Notes under the pieces: generated by a model
The model's database searches: none
Told to the model about the DNA's origin: nothing
The model's input: the letters and a program-made list of their open reading frames with translations, nothing else
Made by a program: the position numbers and the translations under genes
In this document: positions 26,906-38,860 of the stretch, one piece after another
How the letters are laid out: every line of letters begins with the position of its first letter
Position numbering within the stretch: position 1 is the first letter of the stretch
DNA from: Octopus vulgaris
Lineage: Eukaryota
Direction: 5' to 3'
DNA: 64,000 nt
Assembly: GCA_951406725.2 (NCBI GenBank)
Contig: OX597814.1
Location: 24,180,001 to 24,244,000 of the forward strand

Positions 26906-26909
<4 letters not shown>
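26677..26909 (+). mobile_element. SINE family B within (TA)n
   Basis: Near-identical to 16916-17144 and CpG-rich, consistent with a young copy. Confidence 0.9.
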
Positions 26910-26943
<34 letters not shown>

Positions 26944-27017
26944 GGTCCCGGGTTGATTCGGGGTTAACCACAGTAAGTAAGGTACTCAATACATAGCAGA
27001 GTAAAATTAATTTATTA

Positions 27018-27119
27018 TATAGAAGGAGCTTCTACAGGACTAGTACTGTTTCATTCAAGAGAAATCTTCAGGATGAAGATTTCTCTTGAATGAAACAGTA
27101 CTAGTCCTGTAAACTCCTT

Positions 27120-27124
<5 letters not shown>
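27018..27124. repeat. Perfect 38-bp hairpin with 3-nt loop plus an outer 11-bp stem
   Basis: 27033-27070 pairs with 27074-27111 around loop gga; outer stem tatagaaggag/ctccttctata. Confidence 0.95.
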
Positions 27125-27204
<80 letters not shown>

Positions 27205-27229
27205 ATGTATGTATGTATGTATCATCAGT

Positions 27230-27810
27230 AAATCATAAATCTGAACGAGAATCAGACTCTAAGTAAAAGAACAGTAGAGTATTTAGAGAATGTTAGTTAT
27301 GGTTTATAGGGTTACCCAGTGTTTCACATCCATAAAACACTTAGCTTTGCACACATCCTGTCAAACCCTAATGGCCAGTGGCCTATTACTTCTCTTCAAT
27401 TCGGAGGGAGAAAATGTCTCGTGTCTTGTTTTCGAACACACAGATAAAGAAGAAAGGTCAAACATAAAGGATTGCTTCGGAATCCACTCAGTCAGCTAAT
27501 GGGTGCCAGGATTTAAGTAGGAATTGCCTGAAATGTAAACAAGGTCGAAAGACTTCTGTCCTGGAATTTAGACCAACTGCACCACTGCAGACTCCTCAGA
27601 TGTCATGCTAGACTTACGCTCCAGTACATACAGGTACTATCGCAAGTCAAATGAAAGGCTGACATATATCAACATAGCCTTCTGCCACCTGCCCATCATG
27701 TTCAGAAACCTGGTGATGGGTGTCAGCAAGAAGATCTCAAATCTGTCCACTAGCCAAGAGATTTTTGCTACTGTGGCCCCTTACTATAAAGTGCTTATCT
27801 CCTAACCTAA
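27230..27810 (+). mobile_element. Penelope-like element fragment: RT C-terminal/thumb region (27590-27805, +) preceded by an oppositely oriented terminal segment
   Basis: DVMLDLRSSTYRYYRKSNERLTYINIAFCHLPIMFRNLVMGVSKKISNLSTSQEIFATVAPYY resembles the PLE pattern FLDVTLDL..YKPYRKPN..YIN..SNHPP..RRISxLSS.EEIF..AP.Y. Minus-strand GAAAC-ACTGG-GTA near 27313-27325. Confidence 0.75.
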
Positions 27811-28104
27811 GAAATACCCTACCTACATACGTTTTAACGTAGATGGAGAAAGGGGGTCAAACCAAACGATATTTCGGTTGAGCTTCCTTCTGTGGCTGTT
27901 AGGGCCCAGCATGTAGGAGATGCAATCCTTAAACCCACTAGCCAACAGCAACACCATTGCTATTATTAATTATAGCAACCTCAGCAACTACAGCAAAATA
28001 GCAGCAACGCCATCGCTAATGATAACCCTAATAATAGCAACAACAACGATAGTTATAGTAGTACCAATGGAGACAGCAACAATGCCAACAATGTCTCCCC
28101 CACT

Positions 28105-28900
28105 GATGATGTTCCCAAGGTCTAACATGTGGCTAAATTCTTCCTTGACTACTTTAAGTTTATTCGTGGCAATGCGCCTTCGATGAGATGCAACAGGCGA
28201 TCCATTTGTAATAATATGGTGTGTAACTGTATGCACTGGAGTTTTGTTATGGAAAAAACCATCTGAGACATATCCGGAAATTGTAATGAAAGTTCGTCGA
28301 AATGATTGGATGGAATGCAAAAAAAGTTGGAGTGACAGTAGAATGGCTTGAAAACGTATCTTGTGCAGAGAGATGAGTTCTTGAGCCAATTAATCGCTTA
28401 TTTCTTCAATCGACCAAAATATTAAAATGATGCAAAAAATCTGCGCCAAGAATCGGGTACGATAAGTCTTTAACTATAAAAACCCATTGAAATTGTCATC
28501 AGAGATTTATATCCAAAGCAAAGAAAAGTTGCCATAACATGTTTTCATCCAAAGGATTGCTCTCTGCTAGATTACGCATACATCGGAATAGTTGTAATGG
28601 GCTTTTATTTCCTAAAACTCCTTTATGAAGGAGCTGATATCGTTTTTGTTTTGATGTGGAGATGTGCCTCAGAATCCCTGTCTTCATATGTAGATATAGT
28701 GGCTGCTCCAAATGAGGTCTTTAACCTCAGTGCGTGAGGTAAGTGGTAATGCACTAACAAGTGAAATTGTCTGGTGTTGGAAGTAATGTAATTAGCAGCA
28801 AAATTAATTTTAGTCGAGAAAAATCAAACGGCAGGGTCTCCTGTGAATGGTGAGGAAACAAAGGACACAGCTGCCTGTATTGTGATGGCATCAGGATCAG
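28105..28900 (-). mobile_element. Gypsy LTR retrotransposon gag-pol remnant (internally deleted)
   Basis: gag-like SPFTGDPAV*F..LGNKSPLQLFRCMRNL; protease end YPILGADFLHHFNILVD; RT start VTHHIITNGSPVASHRRRIATNKLKVVKEEFSHMLDLG. Confidence 0.85.
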
Positions 28901-29799
28901 GACAAAAGCCCCATAGATAAAGTGTGAAAGTGGACAAAATTCCCACGATTATATACTTTTTCTTTTTACATGTTGCAGTTATTAGACTGCGGCCAAGCTG
29001 GGACACCACCTTGAGGAATTTTTAGTATCCTCAATACTAAACTAAAGACAAAACTTGCACTTCTCTTTCCACATTACCGATCCTGGCCCCAACGAGCTTA
29101 CTTCTGTCAATTTACGTTCCATTAACCTGTGACTGGATTCCCCAATGTGCAATACTTGCCCATATCTCTGGTCATCTCAATAGTTTAATAATCTCAGATC
29201 TCCCCAGGTAGATCTACTCATCATAGCTCCATACTCTTAGTCTTTAAAGCAGGAAACCTCATGGTTCATGGTACTATTCTCTCTGCAGATTAGATCATTA
29301 CCCAAGCTTTTCTTCAAAATCCTGAACTCCAATTACCCACCACAACATAAATATTAACCTATCTTTAATAAATCTTCTATTAAAATCTCCTATTCCACAA
29401 CACCAAATTTAGGATCCATAATTACTGCAAACTATTCCACCTCATAGTAGTCCCTATCATCTATGCTCCTGGACCTAATCCCAACCCACCTGACAGTAAT
29501 AATACAACCCTTGGGAACCTTACCTGATTTGATAATACCAACCATAGTACCACTGCCCCTACTATTAGCAACCTGTTCACATAGAACTGGTGACACCCTC
29601 TCCCAACCCGACACTGATAATGATAATACATTTGGTCCGTCTTTAGAGATAGCAGATCGTATGAATCAAACCAGAATAGGCATTAGTACTACGCCCACAT
29701 GCTGGTAGGAAAACCTGCAATCATCAGGTTTCTCAACTCTGTCCACTGCTTGGTTTCTGTATATAGTATAATATAATAGATAAACGCTGGGTAATAATG

Positions 29800-30260
29800 C
29801 TACATTCCCATCATCCCAGGTGTGTGTGCACATGGCATAATTTGTTCAAGAATTAGATAGAAATGTCCTGGTGATAATGAACAACCATTTCTAACTCTGA
29901 TGCTTGTTCCATTCCATTGTATGATTTCGTTATTGTTCAGAACAACACTAATACTTTTTCCATGTAGTTTTCGTAATATTCTGATTCAATGCATGGGGAT
30001 GTCATACTTCTTCATTTGCTTCTCTCCATACTAAACCAAGCATTATTTTTTAAAAAGCATCATCTGTGTGATATAATTGCATTTGATGGTCTCTAAATTT
30101 CTCACCAATGATTTTCACTTAAGCTGTCTTGTACAGAAATGCAATCTTCTTGGAAGCCTACTTGCTCGTCAACTATTATCCTTTTCTTATGCAGTTTTAG
30201 ATGATTATCTAACACACTACTTATCATTTTGCTAGGGTGACTAATTAAGTGAACGGTGCA
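29800..30260 (-). mobile_element. Old RTE-like LINE RT fragment
   Basis: Minus strand VDEQVGFQ..SVQ, MKKYDIP..LIRILRKLH..SVVLNNNEI; degraded. Confidence 0.55.
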
Positions 30261-30740
30261 CCACCTGCTATTTCTGCCCAGCCAAAAGTCATTGGAAGAA
30301 TGAATACATATTTAAGATGTGCAGATGACACTGATTAATGGGGATGGGGTATTATATTTTATAGTTGATCGACTGGGGAAAGCGTCAGATTATCATGACA
30401 AGGGACTAAGAAATGACACTGACAAGAAAGAAGTTCTAATTAATGACATACAACTGAAATCATTGGTTACTTTAATTTAATTGGGTCTCTAATCGACAAA
30501 AATTGTGTAACTCAGAAAGAAAAGGTAAATTGCAATCCACAGCATAATTAGTAAAATGAATATGGTTTGAATGAACAGTGCAACAAATGAGGGAGTGCTT
30601 TCTCTGATAACTGTAAATGTGTTGTTTGAATGTGAGACACGGATTTACTCAAAAAGCATTAAGATGAAATTGTCAGATTGTCAGTTTTTAAACTGAAATG
30701 CTATCACAATTCTTGGTATTTTGTAAGACTATACACACAT

Positions 30741-30772
<32 letters not shown>

Positions 30773-31950
30773 CTTGGATTCTCCTGTTGTTAGACAATAC
30801 ATGAGGGCTCTGCAATTATTTGCTAAACAACTACACAATTGGTTTGTTTATAGGGATCAGATGTTTGTCTTCACATAAGCTCACACCTCCATCAAATCAA
30901 CATTACCTGTACAGATGCACGATGTGCCACATGTCAGATGATGAAATGATTAGAGAGCAACGTCAGATGAAGTGTTTTGCTCAACAACACAATGTAATGG
31001 TTGGGCTGGGAATTGAAACCATGATGTTGCAATCCGGAGTGAATACCCTAACCAGTAGGCCATATGCCTTTTGACAATATGTGTGTGTGTGTGTAATTTT
31101 TTTTAGTGAAGCTAAAGTGGAGAGTTTGTCGTATGGCTTGAGTTTCACATCACTGTTCTCTTCAAGCAAAATTATTGTGACTCAGTATTAATGGTGTGTA
31201 TGTATGTGTGTTTGTATATATATACATATATATATATCTGTTGATGTATATAAGTAGCCTGGTGTTTGTGTATGTTCATTGGCTTTTTCATTCATTGTAT
31301 GTGTCATTTCTGTGGTGTGGTGTTCATATTTCTTGCAACTGTAGGTGGAATGTTATTAATTTGTTTATGGTAAGCAGATGAGTTGGTGGCAGGTGCTTTT
31401 ATTTATTTATTTATTTATCTATTTTCTATTTTCTGTTGCTCCCCTTCCTGACAGATCCCTCTATTTGACTTCTTGCTGGTTGGATCTGATAACTCCATAA
31501 GAATCATCTCTCAAACTTCTAATTCTAAGATATATAATAATTCTCCACACCTCCAAGTATGCTTATACACAATTTTGGAAAAACAACTTGCATTCTATTA
31601 GGATTATAATTCCATGTCATAAACACTGTTACATTGAAAGTAATTTTATATCCTTTCATAATATATTACTTACTGAATCAAATTTTCAATATTAGTGAGG
31701 AATATGGTTATGCAATATATTTTACAATTCATTAATGTTATCTTAATTCTCTTCAATTTATATTTTATTAATTTGCTTGAAATTTACATTTTGTTGATTG
31801 ATTTGCTTCTCTTCAAAATGTTGATTGCTATAACAAATGCATTATAAATGTAACTTCTACCTGTTTGAAGACAGAAGTAAAGTGAAGTGTTGGTAAGATA
31901 CTTAATGCAATGAATCTAAAAGAATGTTTAATTAAAATACATCAACACTG

Positions 31951-32437
31951 GTTTCACAATTTAGCACAATGCCAGAAGGTTTGTGGCTGGGGATTAATCG
32001 ATTAAGGTGGAATTAGTTGATTAGTAGATGAAGGGGGTGATCTGGCAGAAATGTTAGCATGCCGAATGAAATAATTAATGGTATTTCGTCTGCCGTTATG
32101 TTCTGAGTTCAAATTCCGCCGAGTTCGACTTTGCTTTTCATCTTTTCAGGGTCGATAAATTACGTACCAGTTATGCACTGGGGTCGATGTAATCGACTTA
32201 ATCCTTTTGTCTGTTCTTATTTGTCCCCTCTACATTTAGCTCCTTGTGGGCAATAAAAAAATAGGGGATTAGTCAATTAAATTAACCTTAGTGTTAAACT
32301 GGTACTTATTTTATTGACCCCAAAATGATAAGCAAAGTGAATCTCAGTAGAATTTGAACTCAGAACATAAAGGCAAAAGAAATGCCACTGAGCATTTGGC
32401 TCAGCATGCTAATGATTCTGCCAGTTTGCCACCTTAA
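31951..32437. mobile_element. Nested SINE family B: a + copy (about 32030-32262) inserted into an older - copy
   Basis: ggggatta(a/g)tc(g/a)attaa flanks the + copy; tacatcaa(c/t)a(c/t)tg flanks the whole unit (about 31939 and 32440). Confidence 0.75.
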
Positions 32438-32934
32438 AGTACATCAATATTGAGAAGAATGATTACTAGTCTTAGCAAGATACTTGATACTTGAACTGAT
32501 TACAAGTTAAATTGAAATATGTAAGTGGTTGTGAGTCAGATCTTTGATAAATATAGGGAAAACTCTGAGCATATTTCAGTTTTAATTGCTTTGTAAGTAA
32601 TAGCTAAGTTAACATCATTTAAAAAAAATTCCAATACGGTTTGGCTTAAGAAAAGTCTGGTGAAGAACAACCAAGATATATTTCTCAGAAGGTAGCATGA
32701 GAGAATTCAAATGACTCAATTTTTAGTGAGTCGAAAGTGTTCATAGTAATAGTAATAAAGTTTGGATAAGATATTCATGAGATATTTAAGAAGCTTATTG
32801 CACAATGAATGATATAAACTTTCTTTAAAATATATTTTGAGAATTTAAAATTTAAAGTTTATTTTTGTATGTCTCTCCTTTTATTAACGGTGCTGCATAA
32901 GATAGAAATTCCTTGCTCTTTCTCTTCCTTTCAG

Positions 32935-33099
32935 ACTTACCAATAGTTGTGTGCCCTGGCCATGGAAGCAACAGTGAGAGCTGTTACATTGCTTCACTTG
33001 TCAGCCATGCACAGAGTCAAGGTTACCGTGTTGTCATCCAGAATCACCTTGGGACACTAAAGGATGTCAAGCTCACTTAACCACGTGGTTTTAACTATG
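32935..33099 (+). pseudogene. ABHD2: Orphan exon homologous to ABHD2-type alpha/beta hydrolase (monoacylglycerol lipase family), with in-frame TAA at 33078-33080
   Basis: Polypyrimidine tract plus ttcAG acceptor ending at 32934 and GT at 33100; phase 1-1, 165 nt. Translates (D)LPIVVCPGHGSNSESCYIASLVSHAQSQGYRVVIQNHLGTLKDVKLT*PRGFNYG, which aligns with the ABHD2 segment I recall as DITMVICPGIANHSEKQYIRTFVDYAQKNGYRCAVLNHLGALPNIELTSPRMFTYG. The stop replaces the S of LTSPR. Confidence 0.8.
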
Positions 33100-33270
33100 G
33101 TGTGGTTTAACTGATCTCTACATTATTTGTATATATTCCTATAATAGAATTTCAATGAAAAAAGATCATTAATAAGTTGTAATAGATTATTTAACAGATA
33201 GAGGAATTAAGTAAAAAAAAATGTTAACCATTTACTGAGTAGATGTACTGCTTATTTATGACTTTAATTA

Positions 33271-34400
33271 CACAACCCAGCAGCTATTTTGTCATCAGGA
33301 CATTTTCCCCTTATTTGAAAGGTTTCTTTTTCTTTTTGATATGCTGTACTCCAAAATGGAATCCATTTTAATCATCAAGTCTAGATTTCAAGGAATACAA
33401 ATCTCCAAATCATCAGTGGGTTATATGCATAGATGGTCGATTTTTTCTCAGGGCAACAAAATAGACACACTAACTATCCATGCTTTTTATGTATGTAGGA
33501 TGGCAGAGCCAGGGAAATATACTGGGTGGTCAAAAGAATGGTTGCAGCAAATACTAGTTCCAGGGTCTATTAATGAGGTTAAAGGGCTTTTAGTTCAACC
33601 AGGAAAAATCATCCTACCTCCACTCAATATCAAACTTGGCATTATGAAGCAGTTTGTTAAAGGTCTGGATAAAGATGGATCATGCTTTCACTGTATCTGC
33701 AGCATATTTTCCTGGTCTAAGCAGTGAAAAGATAAAAGCTGGAATATTTGGTGGGCCTCAAATCAGAAAATTGATGCAAGATAGGAACTTTGCAAATTCA
33801 ATGACTTGTATTGAAGCAGCGGCATGGAATTCATAAGCAATAGTTGTAATTGACAAGAAGGCAGCGAACTATGCAAAATATTTGACCATATGATGGAAAA
33901 GTTGGGAGTAAATATGAGCATGAACTTACAACATCTCCCCAAACATCTTGACAAGTTCCCTGAAAATCCTGGTGACACAAGTGACAAGTAGGTAAAGCGT
34001 TTCCATCAAGACATAAAGTTAATGAAACAAAAGTGTCAAAGCAACTGAGACTTTCATTTAATGAGGGACTGTTGCTGGAACTTGACTCATGATTTTTCTG
34101 AAGTTCATCACTCAAGAAAATCAATCAAATGCAAATTCATAGGAAATTAGGCATAAATTTTAAGGTTTTTAGGCAAAAATAAGGATTTTACTTTTTTTTT
34201 TTCAGGAGAATTTTAAGAAAACATTTTGGTTTTGAAGAAAACCAACTTCTACGCTTGTTTGGACGTCATGCCTTTTCTTCATAAGCTGTTCTATTGACAA
34301 AACAATGAAATACTATGGATCCAGTATCTTAAAGTCAAAAAACTTGTAGCTCAGGTTGAAAGCTTTTGACAATACACAAAAAAATTATTGTTGACCTGTG
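33271..34400 (+). mobile_element. Chapaev3-type (CMC superfamily) DNA transposon, internally deleted and defective
   Basis: CAC...GTG termini with TTA on both sides (33268-70, 34401-03) and weak TIRs. Transposase motifs GQQNRHTNYPCFLC, IILPPLNIKLGIMKQFVKGLDKDG, FPGLSSEKIKAGIFGGPQIRKLM, HLDKFPENPG and RFHQDI. Confidence 0.85.
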
Positions 34401-35907
34401 TTATTTATGAATGAATGAAAATTACATTAAACTTTCAATATAGAAGTTATAATAATAATATTGTTTCATTATTAATATACCTTCAATTTAAAAAATTAGG
34501 TAATTATATGGGAAAAGAAATGATAATTAATCACTTGAGAAAGATGAGTTACAAAATTTTTGAAGACTTAATCTCGATATTGTATCTTACATATATTATA
34601 ATGAGAAACATAGAGTAACACTAAAAGCTTTCTTTCATCTCTGTTAGTGATCCATGTTACTGAGTTCAAATCCCACAGTGGTTAATAAAATATATTAGTA
34701 ATATAGTATGATTAAGTTAATTATAACCTTGAACTCTTACAAAAACAGATTCTCATATGTAAGAAAAGAAACGGAAAAAAAGGAAGGAAAGAAAACTTCT
34801 AAATTATATCATAAAACTGATGGAATCAACTCTCATTGCATATTAAAAGGCTTGCAGAAGTTAATTATGAAATCAGAATTATTGGATTTATTAAGTACCA
34901 AAATGGCAAAATATGAAAAGAATGTTGATTCTAAAAGCAACCCTGTGATTCACTAATTTAATTTTTCATTTCATTAACATTGAATTAATATCTGCCAGTA
35001 GGGATCTTCTTGGTAGCTCAATAGGCAGCACATCAATCTCACAAAACTAATTACTGCAGATATTTCTACAAGGGAGAACAAATCAAGCAGTAGACTGTAC
35101 TGTGATTTGAAACTTATTTAAAACAATCATCTCCTAATGTTATATATATATTCTGTGTGTGTATGTGTGTGCATGCATGTGTGTTTATGTATCTATTTAT
35201 GTACATATGCATTTTTATATCACAAATATAAACATATCTATCTTCACAAAAATCATGTTGAAAATACTGACTGAGACAGATAAAAGGTATTTTATTGTAT
35301 TCCCCACATTCTTAATATTATGCTTACATAGAGGTATATGAGATTAGTGACTAGTGATGTAATAATCACAAGCAGAAGAAAAGCACTATTCTTCCTTAGG
35401 TATTAAACTATCAATCCTCTATTTTGTTCAGATATGATGTGTCAAAGAATTGACGAAAATAGTTTGATGGCTCACACTTCTACTTACGTTATCATTCAGC
35501 TGATAATGTAATAGTCTCAGATTTTCTCCATATCCCTCGAAGGTTTACATTTTGCCCATAAAATACCGAACACTTTTGTCATAATGCTGTAGAGACCCAC
35601 GCTAGTATACAATAGATAAGAGAACATTTAAAAGCATTGAGAACATAGTTTCAGAAAAGTATAGAATCAGGGAGTGCCTTGATCCAGCACCAAAACCAAC
35701 ACTTATTTAAAGTGAATGCCTTAAATTCTTTTTGAACATTAGATATAAGAAAATATTCAAACAAATACCATCTTACTTTACCAGGTCACCAGTGATTTCT
35801 GTTTATTGCCTCAGGTCATTAGTCATATTGATTTGTTAATGTGATTTTCCTGTTTGGAACTTTAGGTGAGATCTAGAAGTCATTGTACTCAGTTACACAT
35901 TCTCATA

Positions 35908-36492
<585 letters not shown>

Positions 36493-37104
36493 GAATGTGC
36501 CTGTTCGTAAGGGGGCGCACTGGAAGGCACTGTCCCATCACTCTTCAATGGTGCAACCTCAGATTTAAAAAATACAGTTTAAAAAATCTTCTTGCAATAC
36601 AAATTAGGGCCAACCCAGTATATTCTGAAGTGCCCCCAGGCACCAAAAGTCCAGTGACAGTCCTGTATATGAATGTACTTGTGTGCATGTGTATGAGTTT
36701 ACCTTTAACTGCTTGGAACTTTTCAAAATAATTATGAACTGACTAAAAGGTTTAATTCCTTCAAACTATATCCCCCATGGTACAAAAGTGAATTTCTGTT
36801 GATAAATTAAAGTTTCAAAAATGGTTGTGGGGCTAAGAAGTTTGTTTCCTAGCCATTTGATTTTGGGTTCAGTCCCACTTCATGGCAACCTTGGGCAAGT
36901 GTTTTCTACTATAGATCTAGCTATAGCTGAAACAAAAGCCATGTGAATGAATTTAGTAACAAGAAACTGATAGAAGAATGTGTAGGTGTGTGATTGTATG
37001 TATGTATGTAGGTATGTAAATATATATATATATATTGGTAAAACGGTAAGATAACAAAAGAAAGAAAGAGACCTCAATATTATGTAAATAGAGGAAATTT
37101 ATCA

Positions 37105-37219
37105 ATACAATAATATGTTACATTACTCGATAGTCAAGATAAAACTCTGAGTTTCCACTTCGGCATCTGAAACTCAGAGTTTTATCTTGACTACCGAGTA
37201 ATGTAACATATTATTGTAT
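37105..37219. repeat. 51-bp-arm palindrome, 13-nt loop, one mismatch
   Basis: atacaataatatg...ctctgagtttc [cacttcggcatct] gaaactcagag...catattattgtat. Confidence 0.95.
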
Positions 37220-37321
37220 AGATATATATATATATATATTTATAAATTGAGGATACAATCATTAAAATGATTATATCAGTCAGTGGCTAGCATATAAAAA
37301 ACAACCATATTGGTAAAATTA

Positions 37322-37850
37322 ATTTTAAAGTATATAATTATAAAAATATGATTATAATCAAGGGTGCTAGAATGTCAGCACCTATATGCTAGAAGTAGAT
37401 GTCAAATACCTGCAATCCACTCTAAATTCGTTCTCTATTTATAAGTCAAGGCCAAATGTGAGGTAATGAGCGTGAAGATTTACAAATTTCAAATAATCCT
37501 ATATGTTAAGGTTTCGTGCTCTATAATAAGGATTACTTCGCACTCCTCAGTAGAGATAAACTGACAATATATAAGCAAAAAATACATATACATACCGATA
37601 AATTTTTGCATACAGATACCAATATACGTGCATTTCCCGCCTATACGTTACATCTAATCGCCCATCTCAGCCATGTTGTTAATGTCAGAAATTACATGGG
37701 GTAAATATAGTCATGGCATTTGACCTTGGGTTATAAACAGAGAACAAATTTAGAGTGGATTGTAGGTATTTGACATCTACTGTTAGTGTGTAGGTGCTGG
37801 GATTTCAGTGCCCTTAATTATATTTATATTTTTATAATTATGTACTTAAA
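37322..37850. repeat. Diverged inverted repeat, about 135-bp arms, about 260-nt spacer
   Basis: 37322-37458 versus 37716-37850; for example gtagatgtcaaatacctgcaatccactctaaatt / aatttagagtggattgtaggtatttgacatctac. Confidence 0.85.
37495..37558 (-). ncRNA. Hammerhead ribozyme-like motif (core boxes intact, 3' side degenerate)
   Basis: Minus strand: tctcta-CTGAGGA-gtgc...gcac-GAAAC-cttaacata; lies in the spacer of the 37322-37850 inverted repeat. Confidence 0.45.
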
Positions 37851-37851
37851 A

Positions 37852-37896
<45 letters not shown>

Positions 37897-37907
37897 TATA
37901 TAAAGTA

Positions 37908-38400
37908 ATTAAGGTGGCCAGATGAAATTCAAAAACCAAAAAGGAAATAACTTTCAATGACTAAAAAGTGGCAAAGGGTGCAAGGAGCACTAGCATTGCT
38001 AGAAATAAGTGTCATAGACTCTTTAGCCACAGAAGCAATTTATGACTAGGGAGATAACCTCCCCCACTGCAAGTGAGTGGCATTAGATTGGTATGCCAAT
38101 TTCACAAAGAAATTAATGCTCATCAGCAATGCTTACTCCATTGCAGGTTGTGAAGTTAAATTTACCTTGTCAGTACTTAGAAAATTTACCACAGAAATCA
38201 GTGGCTGATTCTGCAAAAGATGTGAAAACTATAAAACAATTAAGGTGGCTAGATGTAATTCAAATCCAAATAGGAAATAATTCCCCATCACAAAAAAGTG
38301 ACAAAAGCAGCACTAGCATTGTTTGAAATATGAGTCAAAGACATTCTAGCCACAGAAGCACATTCTATTTACTAACAAGGGAGATAACCTCCCCACCACA
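37908..38400. repeat. Diverged direct repeat, about 165 bp, period about 330 bp
   Basis: aattaaggtggccagatg...gggagataacctcccccac at 37908-38068 and aattaaggtggctagatg...gggagataacctccccacc at 38238-38397. Confidence 0.85.
38085..38131 (-). ncRNA. Hammerhead ribozyme-like motif with intact CUGAUGA and GAAA boxes
   Basis: Minus strand: cattg-CTGATGA-gca-ttaatttctt-tgt-GAAA-ttggcata-ccaat; helix III and the helix I register are imperfect. Confidence 0.5.
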
Positions 38401-38442
38401 TGTGAGAGGCATAAACACACATACACACACATGTGTGTGTGC

Positions 38443-38490
<48 letters not shown>

Positions 38491-38498
<8 letters not shown>

Positions 38499-38726
38499 TA
38501 GAGAAAAACCATTATTATGTAATTCAAACAATGATAGACATAAACCAAATCATAAAGAAAAAAAATATATTATAAAATATATTATAAAGCATATATTGTT
38601 TTCATTTTTTTGTACTTTTTGTGTTCTAGTTATAAGTTTTATAATATATTTTATATGTTATTTATGATTTGGTTTATGTCTATCATTGTTTGAATTACAT
38701 AATAGTGGTTTTTCTCTAATTTATAT
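38491..38726. repeat. Inverted repeat with about 66-bp near-perfect outer arms
   Basis: atataaattagagaaaaaccattattatg...ccaaatcataaa pairs with tttatgatttgg...aatagtggtttttctctaatttatat. Confidence 0.9.
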
Positions 38727-38803
38727 ATATTATATATTTATATAGTGAAATTTGATTTATTACTAAATTGAATTTTTCCCTGTAAGTTTGGAGTTATACT
38801 CCC

Positions 38804-38860
<57 letters not shown>

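Noticed and set aside
29000-29710. Coding-looking minus-strand stretch, perhaps LINE ORF1
   Set aside because: Multiple stops and no motif I can name with confidence.
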